Source: Candidatus Moraniibacteriota bacterium
GTDB taxonomy: Bacteria > Patescibacteriota > Minisyncoccia > Moranbacterales > UBA2206
Length of the DNA: 64,000 nucleotides
Direction: 5' to 3'
NCBI GenBank assembly: GCA_049297495.1
Contig: JBAQUL010000015.1
Location: 128,609 to 192,608, forward strand
The position numbers and the translations under genes are program-made. Under the pieces are notes generated by a model that made no database searches, was not told where the DNA came from, and saw only the letters and a program-made list of their open reading frames with translations. Shown piece after piece: positions 8,844 to 19,488 of this stretch; the stretch's first letter is position 1, and every line of letters begins with the position of its first letter.

Positions 8844-9181
8844 AGAATAGTTTGAAAAATGGAATAATAAAAAAATAAAAACCGCCATTCTAAAATTCGT
8901 TTTATACGAGAGGGAAGTGTGGTTTTTTTGTTACTCAGGGTGTCTGTGGGAAATATTGACCGTGTCGCACAAGGTAACTTTTGCGACACTGCCTGTTCTA
9001 AGAAAGGCGCCTACCATGGCGCTAAACAAAGTTATACTTGAATCAATAGTCTGATATACGGACACCTCTCTACTCTTTTAAATTGCTCCTAGCTCAATTT
9101 TGAAGCTCGTTTTTTCAAGCTTTTATCTATATCCACGTCTAATCCCCATCCTTTCAATATTGCAAAAAAAATCAGAAAAAG

Positions 9182-10519
9182 TTAATTATAAACAATCATC
9201 TGATCAATTGATACCCCACTATCAACACCCAATTTTCCCACAAGTGATTTTGATGTGCCAAGATAAAGATTTGCTCCAAAATATGGATCATGCACGATAT
9301 AATCTTTACTATCTTTTCCTGTGACAACAACATAATGACCACCGCCACGACTTCGCTTAATATAGACAATTACGGGATTGCCTTTTTTAATTTCCGCATC
9401 AACAGTCGACCACTTAATATTGCCATGAGAACTTGATGATACTAATTTGATACCTGGGGACCAGGTAGCTGGCCACTTAATTAGATCATAGTAAAATATC
9501 TTCTGAGATGCCATTGTTCCCGGATTGATACTTGCTCCTTTTTCGCGAAACACCATTGAGACTGCAGTCACCGCACACCCATAAGATTTCATAAGTGTCT
9601 TTGAGTTTCCGATTTTCTTATCACCCCAACGCGAATCTTTTTGCGAAAAATACCAACTAGTTGATGCAAGATTACTACTAGGTTTGGGGTAGCTACCAAC
9701 ACTCGAACTGACATCTCCGAGATTACTTGCTGCACTAAAATCCAACAACTCTTGTTTTTGTGCTTCAACCCGCGCAAGTAATTTTTTATACTTTTCTTCC
9801 TCGCCCTGAGTTTGCACTAGTAGGTTTGTTTTTTGATTTTCTGTCGCTTGCAAATTTTCCTTTTTATCAATCAACGTCTCTTTCGCTTTATCACTTTCTT
9901 CCTTTTTCTGTATCAAGCTATTTTGGTTATCAACGAGCTTCTGTCTTGTTTGCTTGATTTCTGTCAGCAATCGGGACACCTTATCGCCGGATTGTTCAAT
10001 ATAATCCAATTGATTCATGGCTTCCGAAAATGCTTTACCAGCAAGAACTAGAGGCAAAACGCCCTGCTGATCGTATTCATAATAAGACTGCATGAGCCCT
10101 GCAAGAATTTTTCTTTGAAAATCAACCTTAAATTCCCCCTCCTTAATTTCTTCAGATAAATCATCGATTTGCTGGGCAAGTGTCTGTACTTTTTTTTGAG
10201 TTTCTTGCAATTGCGCCAAGGTCTTGGCTTGTTCATTGTCAATATTATCAAGTTGTCCAGCCAGTGCGTCTTGCTGCTTATTCTTCAGTCTGATCAGATC
10301 TTCATACACTTTCGCCTTTTTCTCAAGACTTTCGCAATCGTCCACGCAGTCTTTTTTACACTTCTTCTTATCGCCATCATCGCTGGGATATTGGGCTACG
10401 CATTTCGACTCACAAGTGTTATCACAAGAACTTCCACTAGCAAACTCTTTTGGCAAAACCAAAAAAATAGAAACGATGAGTAAGAAAAATATTTTTTTAT
10501 TTTTTTTAAATTTTTGCAT
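9182..10519 (-). CDS. Secreted coiled-coil protein with C-terminal papain-like (C39-like) peptidase domain
   Basis: N-terminal signal/TM (KIFFLLIVSIFLVL). A Cys-rich stretch is followed by a long coiled coil rich in Q/K/E. The C-terminus has a GCAVTAVSMV Cys and a GGGHYVVVTG His resembling Peptidase_C39-like cell-wall hydrolases. Confidence 0.45.
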   Translation of the reverse strand: MQKFKKNKKIFFLLIVSIFLVLPKEFASGSSCDNTCESKCVAQYPSDDGDKKKCKKDCVDDCESLEKKAKVYEDLIRLKNKQQDALAGQLDNIDNEQAKTLAQLQETQKKVQTLAQQIDDLSEEIKEGEFKVDFQRKILAGLMQSYYEYDQQGVLPLVLAGKAFSEAMNQLDYIEQSGDKVSRLLTEIKQTRQKLVDNQNSLIQKKEESDKAKETLIDKKENLQATENQKTNLLVQTQGEEEKYKKLLARVEAQKQELLDFSAASNLGDVSSSVGSYPKPSSNLASTSWYFSQKDSRWGDKKIGNSKTLMKSYGCAVTAVSMVFREKGASINPGTMASQKIFYYDLIKWPATWSPGIKLVSSSSHGNIKWSTVDAEIKKGNPVIVYIKRSRGGGHYVVVTGKDSKDYIVHDPYFGANLYLGTSKSLVGKLGVDSGVSIDQMIVYN

Positions 10520-10525
10520 TGTTTT

Positions 10526-12058
10526 TTATCCCATTAAAGAAATCGCCTTCGCAATTCTTTTTTGACTTTCAGTTTTCCCGAGAACCCACGCCACCTCAAA
10601 AGGGGATGGTGATTTTTGCACTCCCGTGAGTGCTGCACGAAGCGGCCAAAGCAACTCTCCCCTCTTCTCCCCTGCCGCCGCGAGTAATTTTTCTTCCAAA
10701 TTTTCCTTCGACCAATCATCTTTGGAAATATTTTCCAAAAGCTCCTGAACTTTTTCTAAGTTTTTTTTCAAATCATCATCAGACATCTCTTTCCAGCGCA
10801 AAAGTGATTTATCATAATTCAAGTCGGTCGCAAAAAAGAATTGATTATTTTCTCCTACATCCGACAATTTAGACAGACGATCAAGCTCAATAGTCAGCAC
10901 TTTTTTTAGAAATTCCGGCGATTTTTTTTCTGCGCCAGCCTGAATAAAAAATTCCTTTTGTTCGAAAAAGAGCAATGCTTTTTCATAAAGTTCATCAATA
11001 GATAACTTTTTAATATACTCAGCATTGATCCAATCAAGTTTTTTCAAATCAAATACGGCACCAGCCTTGTGCACTTTTTCCAACTCAAATCTTTGCACCA
11101 GCTCATCAAGTGAAAATATCTCTTGTGTCTCCCCTGCTCCAGGGTTCCAGCCTAAAAGTGCCACAAAATTAATGATTGCTTCTTTGAGATAACCTTTTTT
11201 AATGTAATCTTCCACTGCCACATCACCTTGGCGTTTGGAAAGTTTAGTCTTATCAGGATTAAGCAAGAGTGGCAAGTGAGCGAATTTGGGCAATTCCCAA
11301 CCGAAAGCTCTATATAGTAGCACGTGCTTAGGAGTGCTGGGGAGCCATTCTTCTCCACGAACGACACAATCAACTTTCATTTCATAGTCATCCACAACGA
11401 CTGCTAAATGATAGGTCGGATATCCATCGGATTTCAACAGTACCTGATCATCAATATTATCGGTATTAAAAGCGATCTTGCCTCTTATAATATCTTCAAA
11501 CTCAATTGTTTCATTTTTAGGAACCTTGAGTCGAATCACATGCGAACAATTAGCTTTTAGATTTTTGTTAATTTCGTCTTCCGTCAAATTGCGCAAGCAA
11601 TACTGATCATATCTCGGCGCAAGTTTATTTGCTGATTGTTCCTCGCGTAATGTCTCAAGTCTTTCTGGTTCACAAAAACAATAATAAGCATAGCCTTTCG
11701 CCACCAGTTCTTCGGCATATTTTTTATATATCTCCAGTCTTTCTGATTGGACGTATGGTCCATAATCTCCGACTTCAAAAATTCCGGGATAACTTTTTGA
11801 TTCGGTCGATTCCATAGCTGCTGATTTTTCCAATTTTGGTCCCTCAGAATATTCAATTCCCGCCCACTCAAGTACTTTTAACAGACTCTCTAGCGCCCCA
11901 CTCACAAAGCGCTTCTTGTCAGTATCTTCGATACGCACAATGAAACCAGCGCCGGTTTTTTTGGCAAATAAATAATTATAAAGTATCGTGCGAAAATTTC
12001 CGATATGCACATATCCGGTCGGTGATGGCGCAATCCTGACGCGATTTTTTTTATCCAT
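10526..12058 (-). CDS. gltX: Glutamyl-tRNA synthetase
   Basis: HIGH motif (PSPTGYVHIGNFRT) and KLSKRQ (KMSKS). Confidence 0.9.
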   Translation of the reverse strand: MDKKNRVRIAPSPTGYVHIGNFRTILYNYLFAKKTGAGFIVRIEDTDKKRFVSGALESLLKVLEWAGIEYSEGPKLEKSAAMESTESKSYPGIFEVGDYGPYVQSERLEIYKKYAEELVAKGYAYYCFCEPERLETLREEQSANKLAPRYDQYCLRNLTEDEINKNLKANCSHVIRLKVPKNETIEFEDIIRGKIAFNTDNIDDQVLLKSDGYPTYHLAVVVDDYEMKVDCVVRGEEWLPSTPKHVLLYRAFGWELPKFAHLPLLLNPDKTKLSKRQGDVAVEDYIKKGYLKEAIINFVALLGWNPGAGETQEIFSLDELVQRFELEKVHKAGAVFDLKKLDWINAEYIKKLSIDELYEKALLFFEQKEFFIQAGAEKKSPEFLKKVLTIELDRLSKLSDVGENNQFFFATDLNYDKSLLRWKEMSDDDLKKNLEKVQELLENISKDDWSKENLEEKLLAAAGEKRGELLWPLRAALTGVQKSPSPFEVAWVLGKTESQKRIAKAISLMG

Positions 12059-12062
12059 AAAT

Positions 12063-12674
12063 TTATTCGATACTTTTTAATTTTTCCACAAATTCTGGGA
12101 ATTCTTTGAGATTAAAATGCCCCTTATCCTTAAAAATTACTTTTTCTGCCTTCGGCAATTTTTGCGCATATTTTCCCAAATCAACAAATGGCACCATTAA
12201 ATCATCTTGTGAATGATAGAGAAATATTTTTTCTACTTGTTTTGAAAAACTATCCAGAGAGTCTGGCAGAATAAAATCTCCTAGCGTATAGTAGATATCG
12301 CCCCTTTCTTTGTCATCATACGGTGCGGCAATTAAAAATGCCGCTTTAATTTTCACTGGAAAATTATTTTCAGATAAATATTTTGCCAAAAATATCCCTC
12401 CCAATGATCCTCCAATTAGAATAACATCATCTCTCAGAAATGGAAAAAACTTTTCAAACCAAATTTTCCACTCTGAATATTTAGCATTGTGATAATTTTC
12501 CATTCGAGGGAAAATTATTTCATAATCATCCCCTAGCGTTTCTTGAAGATGGTCCTTCCATCCACCATTCTTAATCTTATCAAGGTTAATCTTATAGTTT
12601 TTTAGAAACTCCAAATATTCCTCATATGTTCTATGAGCTTCTCCTCCATGGACGATGAAAATCTGTTTTTTCAT
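12063..12674 (-). CDS. Alpha/beta-fold serine hydrolase (YdeN/RBBP9-like)
   Basis: GxSxG nucleophile elbow (IGGSLGG), with later conserved D and H (HSQDD...DKGHF). Confidence 0.5.
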   Translation of the reverse strand: MKKQIFIVHGGEAHRTYEEYLEFLKNYKINLDKIKNGGWKDHLQETLGDDYEIIFPRMENYHNAKYSEWKIWFEKFFPFLRDDVILIGGSLGGIFLAKYLSENNFPVKIKAAFLIAAPYDDKERGDIYYTLGDFILPDSLDSFSKQVEKIFLYHSQDDLMVPFVDLGKYAQKLPKAEKVIFKDKGHFNLKEFPEFVEKLKSIE

Positions 12675-12700
12675 GAATCAAAAATTATTAAACTGTTTTT

Positions 12701-13099
12701 TCATTCCTTCTCTTCTTTTTCCTTCTTAATAAATCTCCAGTGAATTAAAAGTATCGGTAGAGCGATTATTACCATTGTGAGTGCGTCAATAAAGTTATTC
12801 TGTCTGGCAGGTACGATACAATTATCACCGGATTGATTTTCTTTCCAATTTTCATAGTCCTTAAGCAGCGCGTCTATTTGCACTTTCTGGTCGGCCGTCG
12901 CCCCTTCCTTTGAAATGACCGGCGAGATCGGTGGTTGTTGATTGCATTCATAATAATCCTTTTTTTCCGCCGCAGGAAAGATAAAATATTTAAGTCCAGT
13001 ATCAAGTAGTCTGCCACTTCCAATCGCAACAAAAAGAAGACTCGCGGCCGCGATCAGGTAGAGATAAATTATTTTAATTAATTTAGTTTTTGGTGTCAT
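12701..13099 (-). CDS. Hypothetical membrane protein
   Basis: Two predicted TM helices. No recognisable motif. Confidence 0.35.
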   Translation of the reverse strand: MTPKTKLIKIIYLYLIAAASLLFVAIGSGRLLDTGLKYFIFPAAEKKDYYECNQQPPISPVISKEGATADQKVQIDALLKDYENWKENQSGDNCIVPARQNNFIDALTMVIIALPILLIHWRFIKKEKEEKE

Positions 13100-13104
13100 A
13101 TTTT

Positions 13105-13695
13105 TTAATCAATTATTTTTAATGTATCAACTCCTATTTTTTTTAGGCCTAGGTGCAATTTATTCAGAGGTAATCCGACAACGGAATAAAAATCGCCTTC
13201 CACTTTTTCAATCAGCACTGCTCCGCGATGCATCAGGCCATAAGCCCCGGCCTTGTCCATCGGTTCTCCAGTCGCGATGTAATCTTCAATTTCTTCGGGA
13301 GACAATTTTCTAAAGGTTACCTTCGCTTCATCATAATCAGTAATAATTGTTTTGCTTTTTGTATCAATAATAGCCAGTCCCGTGACAATCTCATGTGTTT
13401 TCCCAGAGAATTCAGTCAATATTCTTCTCGCATCCATAACATCTTTTGGCTTTCCAATAAACTTTCCGCCAGAAAAAACAAAGGTATCCGCTCCAATAAT
13501 AATTGCGTCTTCATAATGTTTGGCGACATCCTGAGCTTTTCCGAGAGCTAAGAATTTTGCCAATTCATAAGGGTCACTCATCGCATACATATCTTCCTCA
13601 TACTCACTTTCCCTTATCTCAAAATCTAGCTTTATCTGCCCCAGAAGCATCTTTCTTCTTTCTGATTTTGAAGCCAGGACTATTCTTCGTTGCAT
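13105..13695 (-). CDS. maf: Maf-like nucleoside triphosphate pyrophosphatase
   Basis: VLASKSERRKMLL N-terminus and IIGADTFV motif. Confidence 0.85.
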   Translation of the reverse strand: MQRRIVLASKSERRKMLLGQIKLDFEIRESEYEEDMYAMSDPYELAKFLALGKAQDVAKHYEDAIIIGADTFVFSGGKFIGKPKDVMDARRILTEFSGKTHEIVTGLAIIDTKSKTIITDYDEAKVTFRKLSPEEIEDYIATGEPMDKAGAYGLMHRGAVLIEKVEGDFYSVVGLPLNKLHLGLKKIGVDTLKIID

Positions 13696-14417
13696 AAAAT
13701 TATCTTAATTGGAAATACTATTACCGCTTTCCAGATTCTTTTTAGTCGATTTTTCTTATATTTCCATTGTTGCGCCTGGAATATCCGCCAAAGCCACTCC
13801 AATCCAATTTGACGCATCCAAACAGGGGCGCGTTTGATTTTTCCCGTTAAAAAATCGAAGGAACCGCCAACGCCCATCGCTAACTGTATTCTAGCATCTT
13901 TTTGAGAATCAAGAAAGACTTCTTGATATGGAGCGCCAAAATTGCAAAGAAGCACGGGGCATGTGCTATAGAGCATACAACACACCACTTTTTTTTCAAA
14001 ATTTGCCCCTTTTATAACTAGCTTTGGATATATTTTCAGAATAGCACTCCGTATTTCTTCAAATTTACTCAAACCATCTTTGTTTATCGCCAAAAAAACG
14101 CCCAACTCTCTCTCACTGGCCATTCTCAAAATTTCCATCATCAAATCAGCTCCGGCGATTCTTGCTCGCAAGAGACGGCCATATCTCAAAAAGGCACATC
14201 CAATGCCAAAGCCATCTGCAATGTTCAATGCACAATTATTGAGAATGACCCTGAAACAAAGATTTTTTTGCGCTTCGAGCAAGAATTCAGGATTGACAGT
14301 CGCAATTTGGTGAAACTTCTTTTCATCCAAAAAAAATGAAATTCTTTTCAGAATGTCCGATTTATTCAGATTATCAATTTTTACACCTAAAATTGCATGT
14401 CTATTTCTCATTTTCAT
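13680..14417 (-). CDS. WecB/TagA/CpsF family glycosyltransferase
   Basis: Family-diagnostic GLEWLWR motif and overall WecB/TagA architecture. Confidence 0.8.
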   Translation of the reverse strand: MKMRNRHAILGVKIDNLNKSDILKRISFFLDEKKFHQIATVNPEFLLEAQKNLCFRVILNNCALNIADGFGIGCAFLRYGRLLRARIAGADLMMEILRMASERELGVFLAINKDGLSKFEEIRSAILKIYPKLVIKGANFEKKVVCCMLYSTCPVLLCNFGAPYQEVFLDSQKDARIQLAMGVGGSFDFLTGKIKRAPVWMRQIGLEWLWRIFQAQQWKYKKNRLKRIWKAVIVFPIKIILCNEE

Positions 14418-14438
14418 ATTTGATTCGTCACTTCAAAA

Positions 14439-14987
14439 CTAAAGACTACTTAGCGGACAGCTCTCAATCAAGACAAAATTATTCTTTCCTTCGCCAAAAT
14501 GGCTAGCCATAATATCAACGGATTCAACATTAACAGCAAAAGAAGCTTTTTCATCCACTTCAGGAATACTTCGAAGCTCTTCCCACTTTTCTTTCCTGAT
14601 TTTTCCGAGCGTAATGTGCGGAGAAAAGATTTTCTTGGAAGCAACAAAAATGTCTAGCTCTCTCTCAATCGCTTCGCAAAGATTTTTAAGCCTATCACTG
14701 GTCTTCCCAACCACACGAAATTCTTGCGGCTTTTCCGCGCTCGGAGCAAGCATGATTTTTTCAAATTCAAGATCAAACAGCTCGATTTCCAAAACAGCCT
14801 CTCGCACTTTCTGACACGCTTCAGCCACGACATCGTTGTCGATATAGCCCAGAAAAAACAAACTGACGTTCAAATTTTCTTCCTTTGCCCATTTCACTGG
14901 CAAATCACGCCATTTTTCACAACTCGCCATTAGTCGACGCTTAATTCTGTCGGCTAGATTGATACTAATATATATTTTTCTTTTCAT
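14439..14987 (-). CDS. 2H phosphoesterase (LigT/ThpR-like), first HxT motif degenerate
   Basis: The second motif HITLGK is canonical. The first position reads NVSLFFLG (N-x-S instead of H-x-T). Confidence 0.45.
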   Translation of the reverse strand: MKRKIYISINLADRIKRRLMASCEKWRDLPVKWAKEENLNVSLFFLGYIDNDVVAEACQKVREAVLEIELFDLEFEKIMLAPSAEKPQEFRVVGKTSDRLKNLCEAIERELDIFVASKKIFSPHITLGKIRKEKWEELRSIPEVDEKASFAVNVESVDIMASHFGEGKNNFVLIESCPLSSL

Positions 14988-15097
14988 AATGATTCCAAGA
15001 CCTAACTCTAAGTAGTTTAGCCTGTTTTGAGGGATAAATCAAGAGTTTCTCGCGCCCTTTATCTTCATTCATTATCTTGCTAGAATAGAATAAACCT

Positions 15098-17143
15098 ATG
15101 AGCGGAAATAAGCCACAATTCATCCTAAGCATAACACCCCTGGTCAGGATTCCTCTTATCCGTGATCAATTTTTTTACTACCTATCTGACGAAAAATTGC
15201 CGACAGGAACACTGGTAAGCATTCCTCTCTTTAAAAAGTTCGTAGAAGGAATAGTAATTGAGAGTAAAGATGACTTCCCCCGTATTGGCGGAATGACACT
15301 CAAAAAAATTGAAAAAGTTTTGGAACTTAATTTTCTCACGAAAGAGCAACTCCGTCTCGCTAAATATATTTCTAATTATTACATTATTTCACTAGGAGTT
15401 GTTTTGAAAGGTTTTGTGCCAAAAAGAAGCAAGGCAAGGAACCTGCTTACGCTGAAGCTTCTACAGGCAAGCAAGAAACCCTCCTTCGCTGAAGCTACGG
15501 CGGGCAAGCAAGAAACAAACGGGGAGGAAAAAATAGTATTAACAGATGAGCAAACTAGTGCCGTAAAAGCAATTGCTAGAAATAATACCAGATACCTCCT
15601 CCACGGCCCAGCCGGATCAGGCAAAACCGAGGTCTATATCCACACTATTCTAGAACTCAAAAAACAAAACCCAAATAGTCAATTTCTAATTTTAGTGCCA
15701 GAAAAAACTCTCACGCCTCAGGCCTTGGAACGATATGGCGCCTATTTTCCTGAAAATGAAATAGTCCTGCTTAGTAGTAACCTATCCAAGGGCGCATTAT
15801 TCTCTAACTGGCAGAAGATAAAATCTGGCGAAGCAAAAATTATTATTGGCACTCGGATGGCGGTTTTTGCTCCGTTTCAAAAGCTAGCCTTTATTGTGAT
15901 TGATGAAGAGCAAGACATGTCCTTTAAGCAATGGGACATGAATCCGCGCTATGACGCCAGAACGGTCGCGGAAGAATTGGCACAACTACACAAATGCAAG
16001 CTCCTGCGTGGATCAGCAACACCAAGCATCGAAACTTATTTTAAAACTCAAAATAAAGAATACCAACTACTAAAACTCAGTGATTCCTATCATCCAAAAA
16101 ATTCAACCGCCCAAAAAGTACGTAGCACCATTGAGTTAGTTGATATGAAGAAAGAACGCTGGATCAAGAACTATTCTTGCATTAGCAAAAAACTGAAAAG
16201 CGAAATTGCCTATGCCCTTAAAAATAATTTGCAGACTATTTTGTTCATCAATCGCCAGGGGATGAGCAGTTTTTCTGTTTGTGGAAATTGTAAAACGGTG
16301 CTCAAATGCCCAAAATGTGACCGCGCCCTAATCTACACTAATTCACGAGAGTACAGTTGTCCTCATTGCACCTTCGTCGCATCTGCAATTCCTAACTGCA
16401 TCAAGTGCAAAGGCATTGAATTCAAGAATGTAGGCTTAGGAACACAAAAAGTGGAAAAAGAAGTACGCGATTTTTTCCCTGGCGCAAGAATATCAAGAAT
16501 TGATTCAGGCGAAAATTTGCAAAAAGATTTTCAAAAACATTCCTATGAAGATTTTTCTCAAGGCAAAATTGATATCTTAATCGGTACGCAGATGATTACC
16601 AAAGGATGGGATTTGCCTCGCATGGGATTAGTTGGCGTCATCGATTCAGATAACATGCTCACCCTTCCAGATTTTCGAATTGGAGAAAAAGCTTGGCAAG
16701 ATCTGGTTCAGCTGTCTGGCCGAGTATCTCGTCCAGGTGCCAAATTCCCCGGCAGGATAATTATTCAAACCTATCATCCGGAAAATAAAATTCTCTCCTT
16801 GGTCGCTCAAAATGACTACACTACATTTTACAATCAAGAATTACCAGACCGGAAACTCTTGCACTATCCCCCCTTTGGCAGAATTGCTAAATTAGTATTT
16901 GAGGATTATAATCAAAAAAAGGTTGCCGATGAAGCAGAAAAGGTGTATAACCTCCTGACCACAGAAGGAGTTGGCGTGGATATAAGCGCACCTGCAAACG
17001 CATTTGTATCAAAAATTCGCGGAAGATTCCGCCAACAGATAATATTGAAATTTCAAAAACAATTGCCCGAGAAAATCGAAACCCTTCTAAAAGCTTTACC
17101 AGCCGGCTGGATTGTCGATATCGACCCAATCTCTCTAATTTAA
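15098..17143 (+). CDS. priA: Primosomal protein N' (PriA helicase)
   Basis: Walker A GPAGSGKTEVY, the helicase motifs, and the Cys4-Cys4 zinc-binding region (CGNCKTVLKCPKCD...CPHC). Confidence 0.9.
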   Translation: MSGNKPQFILSITPLVRIPLIRDQFFYYLSDEKLPTGTLVSIPLFKKFVEGIVIESKDDFPRIGGMTLKKIEKVLELNFLTKEQLRLAKYISNYYIISLGVVLKGFVPKRSKARNLLTLKLLQASKKPSFAEATAGKQETNGEEKIVLTDEQTSAVKAIARNNTRYLLHGPAGSGKTEVYIHTILELKKQNPNSQFLILVPEKTLTPQALERYGAYFPENEIVLLSSNLSKGALFSNWQKIKSGEAKIIIGTRMAVFAPFQKLAFIVIDEEQDMSFKQWDMNPRYDARTVAEELAQLHKCKLLRGSATPSIETYFKTQNKEYQLLKLSDSYHPKNSTAQKVRSTIELVDMKKERWIKNYSCISKKLKSEIAYALKNNLQTILFINRQGMSSFSVCGNCKTVLKCPKCDRALIYTNSREYSCPHCTFVASAIPNCIKCKGIEFKNVGLGTQKVEKEVRDFFPGARISRIDSGENLQKDFQKHSYEDFSQGKIDILIGTQMITKGWDLPRMGLVGVIDSDNMLTLPDFRIGEKAWQDLVQLSGRVSRPGAKFPGRIIIQTYHPENKILSLVAQNDYTTFYNQELPDRKLLHYPPFGRIAKLVFEDYNQKKVADEAEKVYNLLTTEGVGVDISAPANAFVSKIRGRFRQQIILKFQKQLPEKIETLLKALPAGWIVDIDPISLI

Positions 17144-17153
17144 CTAAAACCAT

Positions 17154-17594
17154 ATGGCTATTCTCCCAATCCTAACCTACCCTGATCCACGCCTGCAAAT
17201 AAAAACGCGTGAAATCAAAAATCCCAAGGATCCTCTTATCCAAGAGCTGATTTTTGATATGCTGGAAACCATGAAAGAAAACAATGGCATGGGACTGGCC
17301 GCCACCCAAATCGGAAAACTGCTAAGGCTTTGTGTGATTAAGTTTGAAAGAAAGACCTATATCCTAATCAATCCTCAAATTATTTCAAAGTCATGGGGAA
17401 AGGAAATTTCCGAAGAAGGTTGCTTGTCATTCCCGGGCCAATTCATTCCAATTAAGCGATCCAAAAAGGTAAAGGTTACTGCGCTCAATAAAGCTGGGAA
17501 AGAAATTCGCATTGAAGCAGAGGGACTCCTGGCCAGAGCCTTGCAACATGAAATTGATCATCTAGATGGCATACTCTACATTGAAAGAGTATAA
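17154..17594 (+). CDS. def: Peptide deformylase
   Basis: GLAATQIG, EGCLSFPG and HEIDHLDG motifs. Confidence 0.9.
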   Translation: MAILPILTYPDPRLQIKTREIKNPKDPLIQELIFDMLETMKENNGMGLAATQIGKLLRLCVIKFERKTYILINPQIISKSWGKEISEEGCLSFPGQFIPIKRSKKVKVTALNKAGKEIRIEAEGLLARALQHEIDHLDGILYIERV

Positions 17595-17621
17595 GCTCCC
17601 CTAACACTAAATACCAAAAAT

Positions 17622-18584
17622 ATGCAAAACAAATCGATCAAACTGAGAGTCGTTTTCATGGGCACATCATCCTTTGCTGACACAATCCTCGCAGCGCTTA
17701 TTGAGGAGAAATACAACCTAATTAGTGTCTATACTCAAGGTGATAAAAAAGTTGGGCGCACTCAAAAATTACAAAAAACTGCTGTAAAAATAACTGCTGA
17801 AAATAAAAAAATTCCAGTTTATTCCCCCGTAAAATTTGGCGAAAAAGAAATTCAGGAACTCAAAGATCAAAAACCAGACCTTTTGATTGTCGCCGCCTAT
17901 GGAAAAATTCTTCCTCAGGCAGTTTTGGACCTCCCTGGATTTGGTGCGATCAATGTCCATGCCTCACTACTCCCCCATTATCGCGGACCATCCCCAATTC
18001 AAAATAGCATCCTTGACGGAAAGAAAGAAACAGGCATAACAATCATGCTCATGGACAGTGGGATTGATACGGGTGAAATTTTGAGTCAAGAAAAAATCGA
18101 AATCTTGCCAGATGAAACTAGCGTTGAACTTTCAAATAAAATGGCCAATCGAGCTATCCCCCTGCTTTTAAATACGCTCGCTCTTTGGGTTGAAAGAAAA
18201 ATCTCGCCTCAGCCACAAGACAATACCTCCGCCAGTCTTTGCCAGCTAATCGAAAGAAGTGATGGTAAAATCGTTTGGTTAAATGATGCACAGACCATTT
18301 ACGACCAGTATCGGGCTTTTTATTCCTGGCCAGGGATTTTTACCTACTGGCAACGTGGTGACACAAACCTTAGGATAAAAATTAACAAAATTTCTCTCGG
18401 AAGAAAATTGTCTTTCGGAGATTATCATCTCGGAGAAGTTTTCCGATCAAATGAAAAGGTCGCCGTCCAAGCAGGCACTGGAATAATCTTTCTCGAAGAA
18501 ATCCAGCTGGAAGGGAAAAGCAACCTAAAAATTGACGATTTTCTCAATGGTAATCCCAGTTTTATCGGAAGTATTTTGAAATAA
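17622..18584 (+). CDS. fmt: Methionyl-tRNA formyltransferase
   Basis: N-terminal formyltransferase fold with HASLLPHYRGPSPIQ motif, adjacent to def. Confidence 0.9.
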   Translation: MQNKSIKLRVVFMGTSSFADTILAALIEEKYNLISVYTQGDKKVGRTQKLQKTAVKITAENKKIPVYSPVKFGEKEIQELKDQKPDLLIVAAYGKILPQAVLDLPGFGAINVHASLLPHYRGPSPIQNSILDGKKETGITIMLMDSGIDTGEILSQEKIEILPDETSVELSNKMANRAIPLLLNTLALWVERKISPQPQDNTSASLCQLIERSDGKIVWLNDAQTIYDQYRAFYSWPGIFTYWQRGDTNLRIKINKISLGRKLSFGDYHLGEVFRSNEKVAVQAGTGIIFLEEIQLEGKSNLKIDDFLNGNPSFIGSILK

Positions 18585-18589
18585 ATATC

Positions 18590-19426
18590 ATGCATGATCA
18601 CAATGAGAAAAAGGAAATAGCCAATATTAAAGCGATTCTTGTCGGGTTAGCCCTAATCATCCTAATTGCCGTCGTCACTATTTTCAAGTCCAACTCAACT
18701 AAGCCTGCTGAACAAAAAACTAATCAATCACCAGCTCAGGCAGAAACAATTGACCTTGAAAAAATCAACCAAATCACTTCGGAAGAATTAATTGAGGGAT
18801 TGCAGGCCGACACAAACATAACAGTCATTGACATTCGCAGTGAAAATCAATACCAACAAGAACATATCATTGGTTCAATCAATATCCCTAGCTCAAATTT
18901 CGCATCTTTCTCTAGCATAGTTTCGAAAAATGATACATGCGTCATTATAGATGCATCCGGGGAAACTGCGGTTATCAATGCCATCGCAAATAACCTCGCT
19001 AGCAAGGGTTACAAAAATCTGGCATATTTAGTTGGTGGCTTTGATTCATGGAAAAGTAAATTCAATCCAACAATCAGTAACGGGGATCAAAAATCATTTA
19101 CAGATCAAGCAAAAGTAAACTACATTACAGCCGAAGAATTAAAGAAAAGACTTGAGACAGAAAAAAATCTGATCATTATAGATATTAGAAATAGCGCGGA
19201 TTTCCATTCTGAACATTTAGCTGGTGCAATCAATATTCCTCTTGATAATCTTGAGCAAAAAAGGAAAGAAATCCCCGCCGGAAGAAATATCATTATTTAT
19301 GATAAAGCCACTCCCGAAGCATTTAAGGGAGCTGTTAGATTATTTGATTTGGGTTTTTCGAATACTCTAGTACTCACTGGCGGACTTGATGGTTGGAAAA
19401 AAAATGGCTACGAAACTATGAAATAA
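18590..19426 (+). CDS. Membrane-anchored tandem rhodanese-domain protein
   Basis: N-terminal TM helix followed by two rhodanese-like repeats (VIDIRSENQYQQEHIIGSINIP and IIDIRNSADFHSEHLAGAINIP). Confidence 0.55.
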   Translation: MHDHNEKKEIANIKAILVGLALIILIAVVTIFKSNSTKPAEQKTNQSPAQAETIDLEKINQITSEELIEGLQADTNITVIDIRSENQYQQEHIIGSINIPSSNFASFSSIVSKNDTCVIIDASGETAVINAIANNLASKGYKNLAYLVGGFDSWKSKFNPTISNGDQKSFTDQAKVNYITAEELKKRLETEKNLIIIDIRNSADFHSEHLAGAINIPLDNLEQKRKEIPAGRNIIIYDKATPEAFKGAVRLFDLGFSNTLVLTGGLDGWKKNGYETMK

Positions 19427-19488
19427 AAAAACCACCCCTTCTGGTAAGTTCCGGCGTGGGTGGTTTTTTATGCTTACCAATATTTTTT

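Noticed and set aside
8890-9040. Hairpins downstream of the GNAT gene (gtgtcgca...tgcgacac; aggcgcc...ggcgct), suggesting a possible ncRNA
   Set aside because: These are short isolated stems between convergent genes with no promoter-like signal. They are more simply explained as transcription terminators or attenuators for the convergent genes.
9100-9324. 74-aa + ORF at the 3' end of the coiled-coil/peptidase gene
   Set aside because: It overlaps the C-terminal peptidase-like domain coding region on the opposite strand.
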